A stretch of 32,000 nucleotides of DNA, from assembly GCF_021054785.1 (NCBI RefSeq), contig NZ_CP088239.1:570001-602000 (forward strand). Direction: 5' to 3'. This stretch comes from Tannockella kyphosi (GTDB lineage Bacteria; Bacillota_I; Bacilli_A; Erysipelotrichales; Coprobacillaceae). Made by a program: the position numbers and the translations under genes. Below, one piece after another: positions 1 to 9,809 of the stretch; position 1 is the stretch's first letter, and every line of letters starts with the position of its first letter. Below the pieces are notes generated by a model. The model had not been told where the DNA came from. It saw only the letters and a program-made list of their open reading frames with translations, and did not search any database.

Positions 1-1
1 A

Positions 2-1651
2 TTATCTAAGATTATTCAAAGTGCGATCATAGTTGAAAAACTACCTAGAAATATTTCTACCCATGCTGCTGGTATTGTGTTATCAAAAGATGTATTAATG
101 CATGTTGTCCCTTTAGCAAAAACAAATACTGGTGTTATTAGTCAATATTCTAAAAAGTATATTGAATCGATCGGTTTATTAAAAATGGATGTTTTAGGAT
201 TAAGAAACTTAACACTTTTACAATATATGATAGAAGACATAGAAAGAGTTTATCATAAAAAAATAAACATTAATAATTTAGATACAAATGATCAAAAAAC
301 ATTTGAATTATTTAGAAGAGGAGATACTTTTGGTATTTTCCAATTAGAATCTACTGGTATTAGAAATCTTATTCGATCAATGCAATGTGATTGTTTTAAT
401 GATATTGTTGCTACTATTGCTTTATATCGACCAGGTCCAATGGAAAATAATCCTATTTATATTGCTCGTAAAACAAAAAAAGAAGCAATTATATATCCTT
501 TAGAACAATTAAAACCAATCTTAGAACCTACTTATGGAATATTTATTTATCAAGAACAAATTATGCAAGTAGCTACACTTATTGCTGGTTTTTCTTTATC
601 AAAAGCAGATATCTTACGTAAAGCAATGTCTGATAAAAACCTTGAGACAATGAAGTCTTTAAAACAAGAGTTTTTAGACGGTGGTGTTCAAAATGGATAT
701 AATAAAGAAGAAGTAAGTCATATTTATGATTTGATTGAAAAATTTGCAGACTATGGATTTAATAAATCACATTCGGTTGTATATGCTCAAATTGCTTATC
801 AACAAGCTTATATCAAAGCTAATTTTCCATTAGTATTCTTTAGTTCTAATTTATCGAATGATCAATCTAGTGCCACAAGTAAGCTAAGAATCATTCAAGA
901 GATGAAAAAGAATAATATGATGTTATTGCCTCCATCTATTAATAAATCAACAAATCGATTTACAATTGAAGGAGATAATATTCGTTATTCTTTATTAGCA
1001 GTTAAGAATATTGGACAAGCAGGTTATCAAGCTATTATTGATGCAAGACAGGCTGGACCTTTTAAGGACTTTTTTGATTTTTTATCAAGAGTACAAAATA
1101 GTCGCTTAAACCAAGCTATGATTGAAAGCTTAATAGATGCTGGAGCATTTGATGAATTTGGTTATAACAGACCAACTATTAAAGCAAATATTAGTAAATT
1201 TATGGAATTTTCAACGATGGCCAATAGCTTTGGAATAGAGGTTCCTCCACAAATTCAATTAATCAAAGAAAAAAAATTACAAACATTAGAATTAGAGAAA
1301 AATGCTTTAGGAATCTATTTAACAAGTCATCCAATCGTACTAGCAAAATCATCATTAGATACAGATTTTATTAATATAATGGATTTAGAGAAATATCGAG
1401 GAAAATATGTTGCAGTTATGATTCAAATTCAAAAAGTACGTAAAATATTTGATAAAAAGAATAATCAAATGTGCTTTATAGAAGGAAATGATGAAACTGG
1501 AAGTATAGAAGGTGTTGTATTTAGTCAAGTATTTGATCGATGTAGAGATCAATTAAAAATAGGTAATATAGTATATATAGAAGCAAAGGTTGATAATAAA
1601 GATAAATTATCTTTATTAATCAACCAAGTAAAAGAAAGAGGTATTTCATGA
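2..1651 (+). CDS. dnaE: DNA polymerase III alpha subunit, DnaE type, C-terminal part (5'-truncated by the window edge)
   Basis: The reading frame is open from position 2; ...LPRNISTHAAGIVLS precedes the Met listed in the ORF track. Motifs THAAGIV, FQLES, ALYRPGP, YQEQIM and GFNKSHS are present, with an OB-fold-like C-terminus. The stop overlaps the polA start (ATGA). Confidence 0.9.
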   Translation, partial: LSKIIQSAIIVEKLPRNISTHAAGIVLSKDVLMHVVPLAKTNTGVISQYSKKYIESIGLLKMDVLGLRNLTLLQYMIEDIERVYHKKININNLDTNDQKTFELFRRGDTFGIFQLESTGIRNLIRSMQCDCFNDIVATIALYRPGPMENNPIYIARKTKKEAIIYPLEQLKPILEPTYGIFIYQEQIMQVATLIAGFSLSKADILRKAMSDKNLETMKSLKQEFLDGGVQNGYNKEEVSHIYDLIEKFADYGFNKSHSVVYAQIAYQQAYIKANFPLVFFSSNLSNDQSSATSKLRIIQEMKKNNMMLLPPSINKSTNRFTIEGDNIRYSLLAVKNIGQAGYQAIIDARQAGPFKDFFDFLSRVQNSRLNQAMIESLIDAGAFDEFGYNRPTIKANISKFMEFSTMANSFGIEVPPQIQLIKEKKLQTLELEKNALGIYLTSHPIVLAKSSLDTDFINIMDLEKYRGKYVAVMIQIQKVRKIFDKKNNQMCFIEGNDETGSIEGVVFSQVFDRCRDQLKIGNIVYIEAKVDNKDKLSLLINQVKERGIS

Positions 1652-4266
1652 AAAAAATGATATTAATCGATGGTAACTTCTGGTTATTTAGTTGTTACTA
1701 TGCAACAGCAGCAATGGGTAACTTAATGGTAAATAAAGATGGTGTACCAACCAATGGGGTATACGGATTCGCCCAAAGATTAGGAAGTGTCTTAAAAGAA
1801 AATCCTGATTATGTAGTTGTTGCTTTTGATGCAAAAGGGAAAACATTCCGTAGTGATATGTTAGAACAATATAAAGAAAACAGAAAAGAAACACCTCAAG
1901 AATTAACATGTCAATTTCCAATGGTGAAAGAGTTTTTAGATGCTTATCAAATTCAACACTTAGAATTAACTGGTTATGAAGGCGATGATATTATTGGAAC
2001 AATTGCTAATAAAGCAAGTAAAGAAGGTATTGAAGTACATATTTATACAAATGATAAAGATATGATGCAGTTAGTAAATGAATCGGTGCATCAATATAAA
2101 AAGCCACAAAAAAGTGATAATTATAATATTATCACACCTACTTCTTTTTATGAAGAATATGGGATTAGTTGTGATCAAATGAGAGACTTATTAGGATTAA
2201 TGGGAGATACTGCAGATAATATTCCTGGTATTACAGGTGTTGGTCCTAAAACGGCAATTAAACTAATCAAAGAATATGAAACAGTTGAAAATCTAAAAGA
2301 ACATAGTGATGAATTAAAAGGAAAAATAGGACAAACTATTCGTGAACAAATTGATATGGCAATACTATCAAAAGAATTAGCTACAATAGATATTAATGTA
2401 CCACTAGAATATGATCTTGAAAGTTCTATCTACCAACCTTATGACTATGAAAAACTAGCAGCTTTTTATCGTCGTTATGATATGCAATCATTATTAAAAA
2501 GAATTTCTTTACAAAAAACGCAAACTCCCATAAAAACATCAAATGATATCAAACCTATCATTGTACAATCATTACCACCTATTAATAAAGATAGTGCATT
2601 AACAACATGTACGTATGAAGAAAATTATCATAAGTCATTATTATTAGGATTTGGTATTTATAATGAAGATCAAGCTTATTATATTTCTATTGAAAATGCA
2701 TTAAAAGATGCTTCTTTTCTAGCATTTTGTAAAAATAAAGATATTAAAAAATATGGTTATGATATTAAAAGAAGTATTACTTCTAGTTTATGGCATACTA
2801 TTGAAATAGAAAACTATACATTTGATTTACAGTTAGCGAGCTATATTTTATCACCTGGTTTAAAAGATGAAATGCGTAGTGTTTGTGAGTATTATCAATA
2901 TTATGATGTAGCATATGATGAAGAAGTATTTGGAAAAGGTGCTAAAAAATGTATTCCTAGTGATGAAATTTTAGCGAATCATATGGTAAAGAAAGCAAAA
3001 GCTATTTATTTATTAAGACAATTAGCAGTTGATAAATTAAAAGCAGAACAACAATATGACTTATATCAAGAAATAGAGATGCCAGTTAGTAGGATTTTAG
3101 CACAAATGGAATATACTGGGGCAAAAGTAGATTTAGACTTTTTAAAGCAGTTAGAACAAAGTTATGGAAATAAAATTAAAGAATTAGAAAAAGATATACA
3201 TAGTTTAGTAGGGAAAGAATTTAATATTGCTTCACCTAAACAATTAGGGGAAGTATTGTTTGTGGATTTAGGTTTACCTAGCTCTAAAAAGACAAAAACA
3301 GGATTTTCTACTTCTGTAGAAGTTTTAAATAATTTAGTGGATATCCATCCTGTTATTAAAAAAATATTAGATTATCGTTCAATTACGAAGCTATATTCTA
3401 CCTATATTATTGGCTTGCAAGAACAAGTGTTTGCTGATGGTAAAATTCATACCATGTATAATCAAGCATTAACACTTACAGGAAGACTATCTTCTACAGA
3501 TCCAAATTTACAAAACATTCCAGTAAAAACACCAGAAGGAAAAGATATTCGTAAAGCATTTATTCCAAGTAATGATTACTTAGTTTCTTATGATTATTCT
3601 CAAATTGAATTACGTATTCTAGCACATATGGCTGAGTGTCCTTCTTTGATTCAAGCATTTAATGATGATCAAGATATTCATGCTTATACTGCTAGCCAAA
3701 TATTCCATGTCGCTCTTGATAAAGTGGATGATACAATGCGTCGTCATGCTAAGGCTATTAATTTTGGAATTGTTTATGGAATGTCCGATTTTGGTTTATC
3801 AAAACAAATAGATAGCTCTGTTAATGAAGCAAAACGATTTATTGAAAACTATTTTACAAAATATCCAGAAATTGAAAGTTATATGAAAACAAATATTCAA
3901 AAATGTAAAGAATTAGGTTATGTTGAAACTATGTTTTTACGTCGTCGTTATATACCAGAAATTAATGAAAAGAATTTTATGCGTCAAGAATTAGGAAAAC
4001 GTCTTGCTATGAATTCTCCGATACAAGGAACGGGTGCTGATATTATGAAACTAGCAATGATTAAAGTAGATCAATTGTTTAAAGAAAATAATCTTCAATC
4101 TAAAATGATTTTACAAGTACACGATGAATTAATCTTTGATGTTAAAAGTGAGGAAGTAGAAAAAGTAATGGAATTAGTGCAATTAGGAATGGAACAAGCA
4201 GCTTCTTTAAATGTGGATTTAAAAGTAGAAGGAAATTATGCTAAGTCATGGTATGATTTAAAATAA
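1648..4266 (+). CDS. polA: DNA polymerase I (5'-3' exonuclease domain, exo-like middle domain, family A polymerase domain)
   Basis: 872 aa. An N-terminal FEN-like region is present (GVPTNGVYGF, GDTADNIPG). Pol A motifs are DYSQIELR (A), RRHAKAINFGIVYG (B) and QVHDEL (C). RBS AGAAAGAGG lies 7 nt upstream. I could not see a clear DxE ExoI motif in the middle domain, so proofreading may be inactive, as in other Bacillota PolA. Confidence 0.95.
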   Translation: MKKMILIDGNFWLFSCYYATAAMGNLMVNKDGVPTNGVYGFAQRLGSVLKENPDYVVVAFDAKGKTFRSDMLEQYKENRKETPQELTCQFPMVKEFLDAYQIQHLELTGYEGDDIIGTIANKASKEGIEVHIYTNDKDMMQLVNESVHQYKKPQKSDNYNIITPTSFYEEYGISCDQMRDLLGLMGDTADNIPGITGVGPKTAIKLIKEYETVENLKEHSDELKGKIGQTIREQIDMAILSKELATIDINVPLEYDLESSIYQPYDYEKLAAFYRRYDMQSLLKRISLQKTQTPIKTSNDIKPIIVQSLPPINKDSALTTCTYEENYHKSLLLGFGIYNEDQAYYISIENALKDASFLAFCKNKDIKKYGYDIKRSITSSLWHTIEIENYTFDLQLASYILSPGLKDEMRSVCEYYQYYDVAYDEEVFGKGAKKCIPSDEILANHMVKKAKAIYLLRQLAVDKLKAEQQYDLYQEIEMPVSRILAQMEYTGAKVDLDFLKQLEQSYGNKIKELEKDIHSLVGKEFNIASPKQLGEVLFVDLGLPSSKKTKTGFSTSVEVLNNLVDIHPVIKKILDYRSITKLYSTYIIGLQEQVFADGKIHTMYNQALTLTGRLSSTDPNLQNIPVKTPEGKDIRKAFIPSNDYLVSYDYSQIELRILAHMAECPSLIQAFNDDQDIHAYTASQIFHVALDKVDDTMRRHAKAINFGIVYGMSDFGLSKQIDSSVNEAKRFIENYFTKYPEIESYMKTNIQKCKELGYVETMFLRRRYIPEINEKNFMRQELGKRLAMNSPIQGTGADIMKLAMIKVDQLFKENNLQSKMILQVHDELIFDVKSEEVEKVMELVQLGMEQAASLNVDLKVEGNYAKSWYDLK

Positions 4267-4267
4267 T

Positions 4268-5080
4268 ATGCCAGAACTACCAGAGGTTGAAACAGTTAAA
4301 AGAACATTAAAGAATTTTGTATTAAATTGTAAGATAACAAATATTATTGTAAGATATCCTAATATTATTGATGGACAAACAGAAGAATTTATACATAGTT
4401 TAGTAGGTAAAACAATCCAAGATATTGATCGAGTTGGAAAGTATTTAATTTTCTTATTAGAAGATACTGCTTTTCTATCTCATCTGCGAATGGAAGGGAA
4501 ATATAATCTAAAACAAAAGGGTTATGTTTATTCAAAACATGATCATATTATTTTTGAATTAGATAATGGGCAGGTTTTATGTTATCATGATACAAGAAAG
4601 TTTGGTCGTATGCAGTTGGTGGATAGAAATGATTATCATTATCAATTACCATTAAGTAAACTTGGACCTGAACCAATGGATGCCCAACTTCAAGAAGTTT
4701 ATCCATTGATTCATAAGAGTTCACTACCAATAAAAACACTTTTATTGGATCAAACAATTATGGCTGGTATTGGAAATATTTATGCTAATGAAATATGTTT
4801 TCATATGGCAATGAATCCTAAAACAGCGGGTAAAGCTTTATCAAAGAAAAGAGTACAACAATTAATAGATATAAGTAGTGAGGTTTTATTAAAAGCAATT
4901 GATCAAGGAGGAACAACAATTCATTCATTTGATTCTAATGGTATCAATGGGCTTTTTCAAGTATCTTTAATGGTTCATACAAAAAAAGTTTGTCCTATTT
5001 GCCAAGGAGAAATAACAAAAGAAATGGTGCATCAAAGAGGTACTTATTATTGTAAAAAATGTCAAAAAAGGAGAGGTTAA
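4268..5080 (+). CDS. mutM: Formamidopyrimidine-DNA glycosylase (Fpg/MutM)
   Basis: N-terminus MPELPEVETV carries the catalytic Pro2 and Glu3. H2TH region present. C-terminal C4 zinc finger CPICQ...YYCKKCQ. Starts 1 nt after the polA stop. Confidence 0.92.
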   Translation: MPELPEVETVKRTLKNFVLNCKITNIIVRYPNIIDGQTEEFIHSLVGKTIQDIDRVGKYLIFLLEDTAFLSHLRMEGKYNLKQKGYVYSKHDHIIFELDNGQVLCYHDTRKFGRMQLVDRNDYHYQLPLSKLGPEPMDAQLQEVYPLIHKSSLPIKTLLLDQTIMAGIGNIYANEICFHMAMNPKTAGKALSKKRVQQLIDISSEVLLKAIDQGGTTIHSFDSNGINGLFQVSLMVHTKKVCPICQGEITKEMVHQRGTYYCKKCQKRRG

Positions 5081-5081
5081 A

Positions 5082-6026
5082 ATGATACGTTGGGGAGTAA
5101 TAGGAGCAGGGAATATAGCACATCGTTTTTGTGAGGCACTAAAAAGTCAAAAGGATAGTGAATTATATGCTGTGTCGTGTCGTAGTGAACAAAAAGCATT
5201 CGCTTTTCAAGAGGAGTTTCCTTGTAAGAAAGCTTATGGTACTTTTCAAGCTATTATCGATGATGAGAAGATAGATGCTGTTTATGTTGCTTTACCTCAT
5301 ATGTATCATTATGAGTGGGTTATTAAAGCCTTAGTAGCAAAAAAAGCGGTTATATGTGAAAAACCAGCAATGATGAGTAGTGAACAAATGAAAAAAGTAA
5401 AAGAAGTAGCAATTGAAAACAATACATTTTTTATGGAAGCAATGAAATCACGTGTTGTTCCACTATATCGTGAGTTAGTAAAGCGTGTAGATGAAATAGG
5501 AGAGATTCAAAAAGTGATTACTTCTTTTTGTAATATTTCAGAATATCAAGAAAATGCTTATCATTATCAACCAGTTCAAGGAGGTTGTTTATTGGATTTA
5601 GGTATTTATAATACAGCATTTTTAGTTGATTTTTTACAAGGGGATTATACAATGGAAGTGAATGATGTAACTTTCTATGAAAATGGAATAGAGTTGTATA
5701 TTTATGCAACGATGACATATTCTAATGGAACAGTGGGGATATTAGAAACTGCATTTGATCGTAAAAAAGAGAACTTTGTTGTTTTAGAAGGAACAAAAGG
5801 GAAGATTGTAATACCTTTATTGCATCGTCCTGAAATGATGGAAATACATAAAGATGGAAATATTGAAATAGTTGAAAAGAAATATGAAATAGATGATTTC
5901 TATAGTCAAATTGATCATTCTTGTACTTGTATTGCAAGTGGTAAAATAGAAAGTGAGATTAATACTTTTGATCGTTCTATCCGTGCTATTGAAATAATAG
6001 AAAACATTAATGCATTGATTCGATGA
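5082..6026 (+). CDS. Gfo/Idh/MocA-family NAD(P)-dependent oxidoreductase
   Basis: N-terminal Rossmann motif IRWGVIGAGNIAHRF and an EKP motif (VICEKPAMM). 314 aa. RBS AGGAGAGG upstream. Confidence 0.8.
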   Translation: MIRWGVIGAGNIAHRFCEALKSQKDSELYAVSCRSEQKAFAFQEEFPCKKAYGTFQAIIDDEKIDAVYVALPHMYHYEWVIKALVAKKAVICEKPAMMSSEQMKKVKEVAIENNTFFMEAMKSRVVPLYRELVKRVDEIGEIQKVITSFCNISEYQENAYHYQPVQGGCLLDLGIYNTAFLVDFLQGDYTMEVNDVTFYENGIELYIYATMTYSNGTVGILETAFDRKKENFVVLEGTKGKIVIPLLHRPEMMEIHKDGNIEIVEKKYEIDDFYSQIDHSCTCIASGKIESEINTFDRSIRAIEIIENINALIR

Positions 6027-6607
6027 TTGTTTATGGAATAACAGGAAGTATTGCTTGTGGCAAAAGCACGGTAACAAAGTATCTATTAGAAAAAGGATAT
6101 ATAGTTGTTGATAGTGATAAACTAAGTCATCAGGCATTGTTTGATGAAACTTGTAAAAAACAAATTTATGAATTATTTCCAGAAGTTTTTATTAATAACA
6201 ATATTGATCGTAAAAAATTAGGAGCTATTTTATTTTCTAATAAAATTGCTAAAAAACAAATAGAAAGTATTATTCATCCCTATGTTATTGAAAAATTAAA
6301 TGCTGCTAAAAAACTAGATCAAAATATTCTATTTTTAGATATTCCATTATTATATGAAGCAAAGTTAGAAGGATTAGTTGATAAAGTAATTGTTGTATAT
6401 GTAACCAAAGATATCCAAATAGAACGTTTAATCAAACGTGATAATTGTACGAAAGAACAGGCATTACAAAGAATTAATAACCAAATTGATATAGAAGAAA
6501 AAAGAAAGAAGGCAAATTTTGTACTCGATAATAGTTTATTACAAGAAGATTTATATAAACAAATCGATATGCTGATAGGAGAAAACATTGAAAACAAGAA
6601 CAAATAG
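6023..6607 (+). CDS. coaE: Dephospho-CoA kinase
   Basis: P-loop at the N-terminus, YGITGSIACGKST. Typical size of 194 aa. ATGA overlap with the upstream gene. Confidence 0.9.
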   Translation: MIVYGITGSIACGKSTVTKYLLEKGYIVVDSDKLSHQALFDETCKKQIYELFPEVFINNNIDRKKLGAILFSNKIAKKQIESIIHPYVIEKLNAAKKLDQNILFLDIPLLYEAKLEGLVDKVIVVYVTKDIQIERLIKRDNCTKEQALQRINNQIDIEEKRKKANFVLDNSLLQEDLYKQIDMLIGENIENKNK

Positions 6608-7805
6608 TGACACATACACAACTAGTTATTCTTATCCTATGGATGAGCCAAGACGTAAATGTTTAATGCTTCTATATCAACCAATTATAGGTTCTAGCGC
6701 AGTAAATCTATATATGACATTATTAGAAGATAGTAGCCTAAATGAAGTAGTTTCCTTACATTCTCGTCTTATTAAGCTATCTCAATTAACAATGGAACAA
6801 TTACAAGAAGCAATGAAGAAACTACAGGCTGTGGGATTATTAAAAGTATTTCATAAAGATAATCATTATCTTTATGAATTATTATTACCGATGACACCCA
6901 ACCAACTGTATCATCATCAAGTATTAAATACTTTGTTATTTAAGGTATTAGGAAAAGAAGAATATCTAAAAACAAAGAATCATTTTTTAGTAAAACTAAT
7001 TGATAAAAATGTTTATCAAGAAGAAAAAATTTCATTTAATGATGTTTTTGATATTCAATTATTAAATAATCAGAATGTTATACAAGTAAAAGAACCAATA
7101 TTTGATATTACAAAAAGTAAATTACAAGCAACTTATTCAAGAGATATTTTCTTTGAGGGAATGGAAGTATATCAAATAACTAGTAATCAATTAACAGAAG
7201 GACAAATAGAATTAATTGATCAATTAGGTATGTTATATCAAATTCCAATGATTGATATGCAAGCCTTTGTAAAAGAGAACTTTATTCAAGGAGTATTCCA
7301 TGAACAAGCTTTCCATAAAACTTGTCAAGATTATTATCAAACAAAAGTACCAGAAACACTAAAAGAAGTATATCATCACCAATCAGTAGTACATACTTCC
7401 ACTGGTGGAAGTGGTGAGGAACAAAAACATATCTATTATTTAGAAACAACTTCACCATATGAATTACTAAAAGCAAAACAGGGTGGTAAAGAACCAGTAA
7501 AAAGAGAATTACAATTAATTGAGTCATTACTAATAGGCTTAGGGTTAGAACAAGGTGTTATTAATGTTTTGATAGAATTTACACTTTCACAATGTGATGG
7601 AGCATTGGCACAAAAATTCATGGAATACCATGGAGCTAAATGGCAGAGAAAGAATATTAAAACAGTACAAGAAGCAATGATGGAAGCAAAAAAAGAACTT
7701 CTTTCTATTACAAAAGAGCCTTCATGGAAAACACAAAAAGAAGAGAATATACAAGAAAACATTGATACTGATTCTTTAGAAGAATTGTTATCGAAATATA
7801 ACTAG
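6588..7805 (+). CDS. dnaB: Replication initiation and membrane attachment protein, Bacillus DnaB-like (DnaD-domain family helicase-loading cofactor)
   Basis: 405 aa and immediately upstream of dnaI, as in Bacillota. N-terminal region LMLLYQPIIGSSAVNLYMTL resembles the winged-helix part of DnaB/DnaD proteins, and the C-terminus has a DnaD-like segment (VINVLIEFTL). The start is uncertain. TTG 6588 has RBS AGGAGA 9 nt upstream but overlaps coaE by 20 nt. ATG 6639 is the alternative. Confidence 0.7.
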   Translation: MKTRTNSDTYTTSYSYPMDEPRRKCLMLLYQPIIGSSAVNLYMTLLEDSSLNEVVSLHSRLIKLSQLTMEQLQEAMKKLQAVGLLKVFHKDNHYLYELLLPMTPNQLYHHQVLNTLLFKVLGKEEYLKTKNHFLVKLIDKNVYQEEKISFNDVFDIQLLNNQNVIQVKEPIFDITKSKLQATYSRDIFFEGMEVYQITSNQLTEGQIELIDQLGMLYQIPMIDMQAFVKENFIQGVFHEQAFHKTCQDYYQTKVPETLKEVYHHQSVVHTSTGGSGEEQKHIYYLETTSPYELLKAKQGGKEPVKRELQLIESLLIGLGLEQGVINVLIEFTLSQCDGALAQKFMEYHGAKWQRKNIKTVQEAMMEAKKELLSITKEPSWKTQKEENIQENIDTDSLEELLSKYN

Positions 7806-7815
7806 GAGGGTAAAT

Positions 7816-8715
7816 ATGCAAAAAATAGTTATACAACAAGATGCCGGTGCACAAGCTGTTAAAGAGAAAAGTATTGATGAATTACTAGGATTAAAATGCA
7901 TCCAATTAAAAATGAATGAATTTCATTTAAATAGAACTGATTTAGAAAATAACTGGATAGATTTTTTGCAATATGCTACTAGTAATCAAGAATGTGAAAA
8001 TTGTGTAGGTTTATCAAGTTGTCCTAAAGTGACAAAAGGGATGAAGCAAGATATTCAAGGTAGTAAAGAGTATTTACATTTCCCACTAACACCATGTCAG
8101 TATGGATTTGAGAAGTTTGAAAATCAAGATATTTTAAATCGAATTGCTTTAAAAAATGTTGGTGATAAAATACTTTTAACACGTAGCAAAGATTTAACAA
8201 TGTTAAATCAAAAAGAAGGAAATTCAAGAACTGTTTTGACTCAATTAGGAGAATATTTAAAGAATCCTATTGAAAAAGGAATTTATTTATATGGTCTTCC
8301 AGGGCTTGGTAAATCTACATTAATGGGATGGTTAATTCGTGCTTTGGTAATGGAAGGAAGACAGTGCGGATATATTCATTTTCCAACTTTTTTAATGGAT
8401 ATAAAAGCTGGTTTTGGGGATAATAAAAATGATAATCAACATATTGAATTAATGAAAAATATTGATTATTTAGTTATTGATGATATTGGTGGAGAAAATC
8501 CAACAGCTTGGTCAAGAGATGAAGTTTTGTCAGCCGTTTTGTCATATCGTTCACAAAATCAAAAAGTGACCTTTTTTACAAGTATTTATTCAATTGATAA
8601 TTTAAAACCTATTTATAGTATTAAAAATGGTGATGGTTCTAAAGTAGAAAGACTAATTGATAGAATGAAAGCGGTTAGCAAAGTAATTCATTTACAAGGA
8701 CAAGATTTAAGATAA
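7816..8715 (+). CDS. dnaI: Primosomal helicase loader DnaI (AAA+ ATPase)
   Basis: N-terminal Cys-rich zinc module (CENCVGLSSCPK...TPCQYG). Walker A GLPGLGKST and Walker B YLVIDDIG. RBS AGGAGGG upstream. Confidence 0.87.
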   Translation: MQKIVIQQDAGAQAVKEKSIDELLGLKCIQLKMNEFHLNRTDLENNWIDFLQYATSNQECENCVGLSSCPKVTKGMKQDIQGSKEYLHFPLTPCQYGFEKFENQDILNRIALKNVGDKILLTRSKDLTMLNQKEGNSRTVLTQLGEYLKNPIEKGIYLYGLPGLGKSTLMGWLIRALVMEGRQCGYIHFPTFLMDIKAGFGDNKNDNQHIELMKNIDYLVIDDIGGENPTAWSRDEVLSAVLSYRSQNQKVTFFTSIYSIDNLKPIYSIKNGDGSKVERLIDRMKAVSKVIHLQGQDLR

Positions 8716-8744
8716 GAAAATAAGCTATTTTTTTACAAAAACAG

Positions 8745-8774
8745 TTGGAAACCCTAGACCTTTTATGATAGAAT
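8745..8774 (+). promoter_or_regulatory. Putative sigma-A promoter of the pfkA-pyk operon
   Basis: TTGGAA (8745-8750), an 18 nt spacer, then extended -10 TGaTAGAAT (8766-8774). Lies in the only sizeable intergenic gap after the replication gene train. Confidence 0.45.
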
Positions 8775-8814
8775 GTCTAAGGTATATAAAGACAAAAAAA
8801 CAGGAGTGATGAGA

Positions 8815-9774
8815 ATGGTTAAATGTATTGGTGTTTTAACATCTGGAGGAGATGCTCCAGGGATGAATGGCGCTGTTCGTGCAGTAGCTAGAACTTGTTT
8901 AAACAAAGGGATAAAAGTATATGGTGTAAGATTAGGTTTCCAAGGATTATTCAATGGAGACTTTATTGAGTTTGATCGTACATCAACACGTAACAAAATA
9001 AATTTAGGTGGAACGTTTTTAAAATCAGCACGTTTCCCAGAATTTAAAGATCCAGAAGTAAGAAAACAAGCAATTGAACAAATGAAAAAAGTAGGGATGG
9101 AAGCATTGGTAGTTATTGGGGGAGACGGTAGTTATAATGGTGCTTTAAAACTTACAGAAATGGGAGTTAATTGTATTGGGATTCCAGGAACTATTGATAA
9201 TGATATTCCTCATACAGATCATACTATTGGATTTGATACAGCATTAAATACAATAGTAGATGCATTGGATCGTTTAAGAGACACATCTAGTTCACATCAA
9301 CGTTGTACGATACTCGAAGTAATGGGACGTTATTGTGGAGATTTAGCAATTAATGCAGGTATTGCAGCAGGAGCTGAAATCATTATTACTAGTGAAAGTG
9401 GATTTGATGAAGCAGAAGTTATTGAAAGGTTAAAAGCATCAAAAGCAAGTGATAAAACACATGCAATTGTTGTAATAACAGAACATATTACGGATGTTAA
9501 TCAATTAGCAAAAAATATTGAAGTTGCTACTGGTTTTGAAACACGTGCAAATGTTTTAGGACATATGCAAAGAGGGGGAAGACCTTCAGCAAGAGATAGA
9601 GTATTAGGATCAAGAATGGGGATTTACGCAGTAGAATTATTAGAAGCCGGTAAAGGTGGACTATGCGTAAGTGAAGTAAGTGGTAAAATCACAGGTTTAG
9701 ATATTACAGAAGTTTTATCAGAAAAACGTGTGGCAGATAACGGTATTTACGAAGATGCAATGAAGCTTCGTTAA
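8815..9774 (+). CDS. pfkA: ATP-dependent 6-phosphofructokinase
   Basis: MVKCIGVLTSGGDAPGMNGAVRAV, GGDGS, PGTIDND and MGR motifs. I prefer ATG 8815 (AGGAG 8802-8806, 8 nt spacing) over the ORF-track start 8773, which would add an atypical 14 aa extension with no RBS. Confidence 0.93.
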   Translation: MVKCIGVLTSGGDAPGMNGAVRAVARTCLNKGIKVYGVRLGFQGLFNGDFIEFDRTSTRNKINLGGTFLKSARFPEFKDPEVRKQAIEQMKKVGMEALVVIGGDGSYNGALKLTEMGVNCIGIPGTIDNDIPHTDHTIGFDTALNTIVDALDRLRDTSSSHQRCTILEVMGRYCGDLAINAGIAAGAEIIITSESGFDEAEVIERLKASKASDKTHAIVVITEHITDVNQLAKNIEVATGFETRANVLGHMQRGGRPSARDRVLGSRMGIYAVELLEAGKGGLCVSEVSGKITGLDITEVLSEKRVADNGIYEDAMKLR

Positions 9775-9809
9775 TATAAAAAATTCGGTAAGGTGAGGAA
9801 GATAGAGAT

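Noticed and set aside
8773-8814. N-terminal extensions suggested by the ORF track: pfkA from 8773, LRR protein from 12990, cutC from 16333, pyk2 from 30156.
   Set aside because: In each case an internal start codon has a properly spaced Shine-Dalgarno sequence and gives the canonical family N-terminus or a proper signal peptide. The upstream starts lack an RBS.
1688-8996. Short antisense ORFs from the ORF track inside the replication and glycolysis genes (1688-1921, 4548-4757, 5518-5718, 5722-5937, 5817-6137, 6319-6621, 7282-7527, 7436-7762, 8024-8227, 8763-8996, all - strand).
   Set aside because: Each lies wholly within a strongly supported CDS on the opposite strand. None has an RBS or recognisable motifs, and their composition is the low-complexity F/L/I/Y/K-rich kind expected from reading AT-rich coding DNA backwards.
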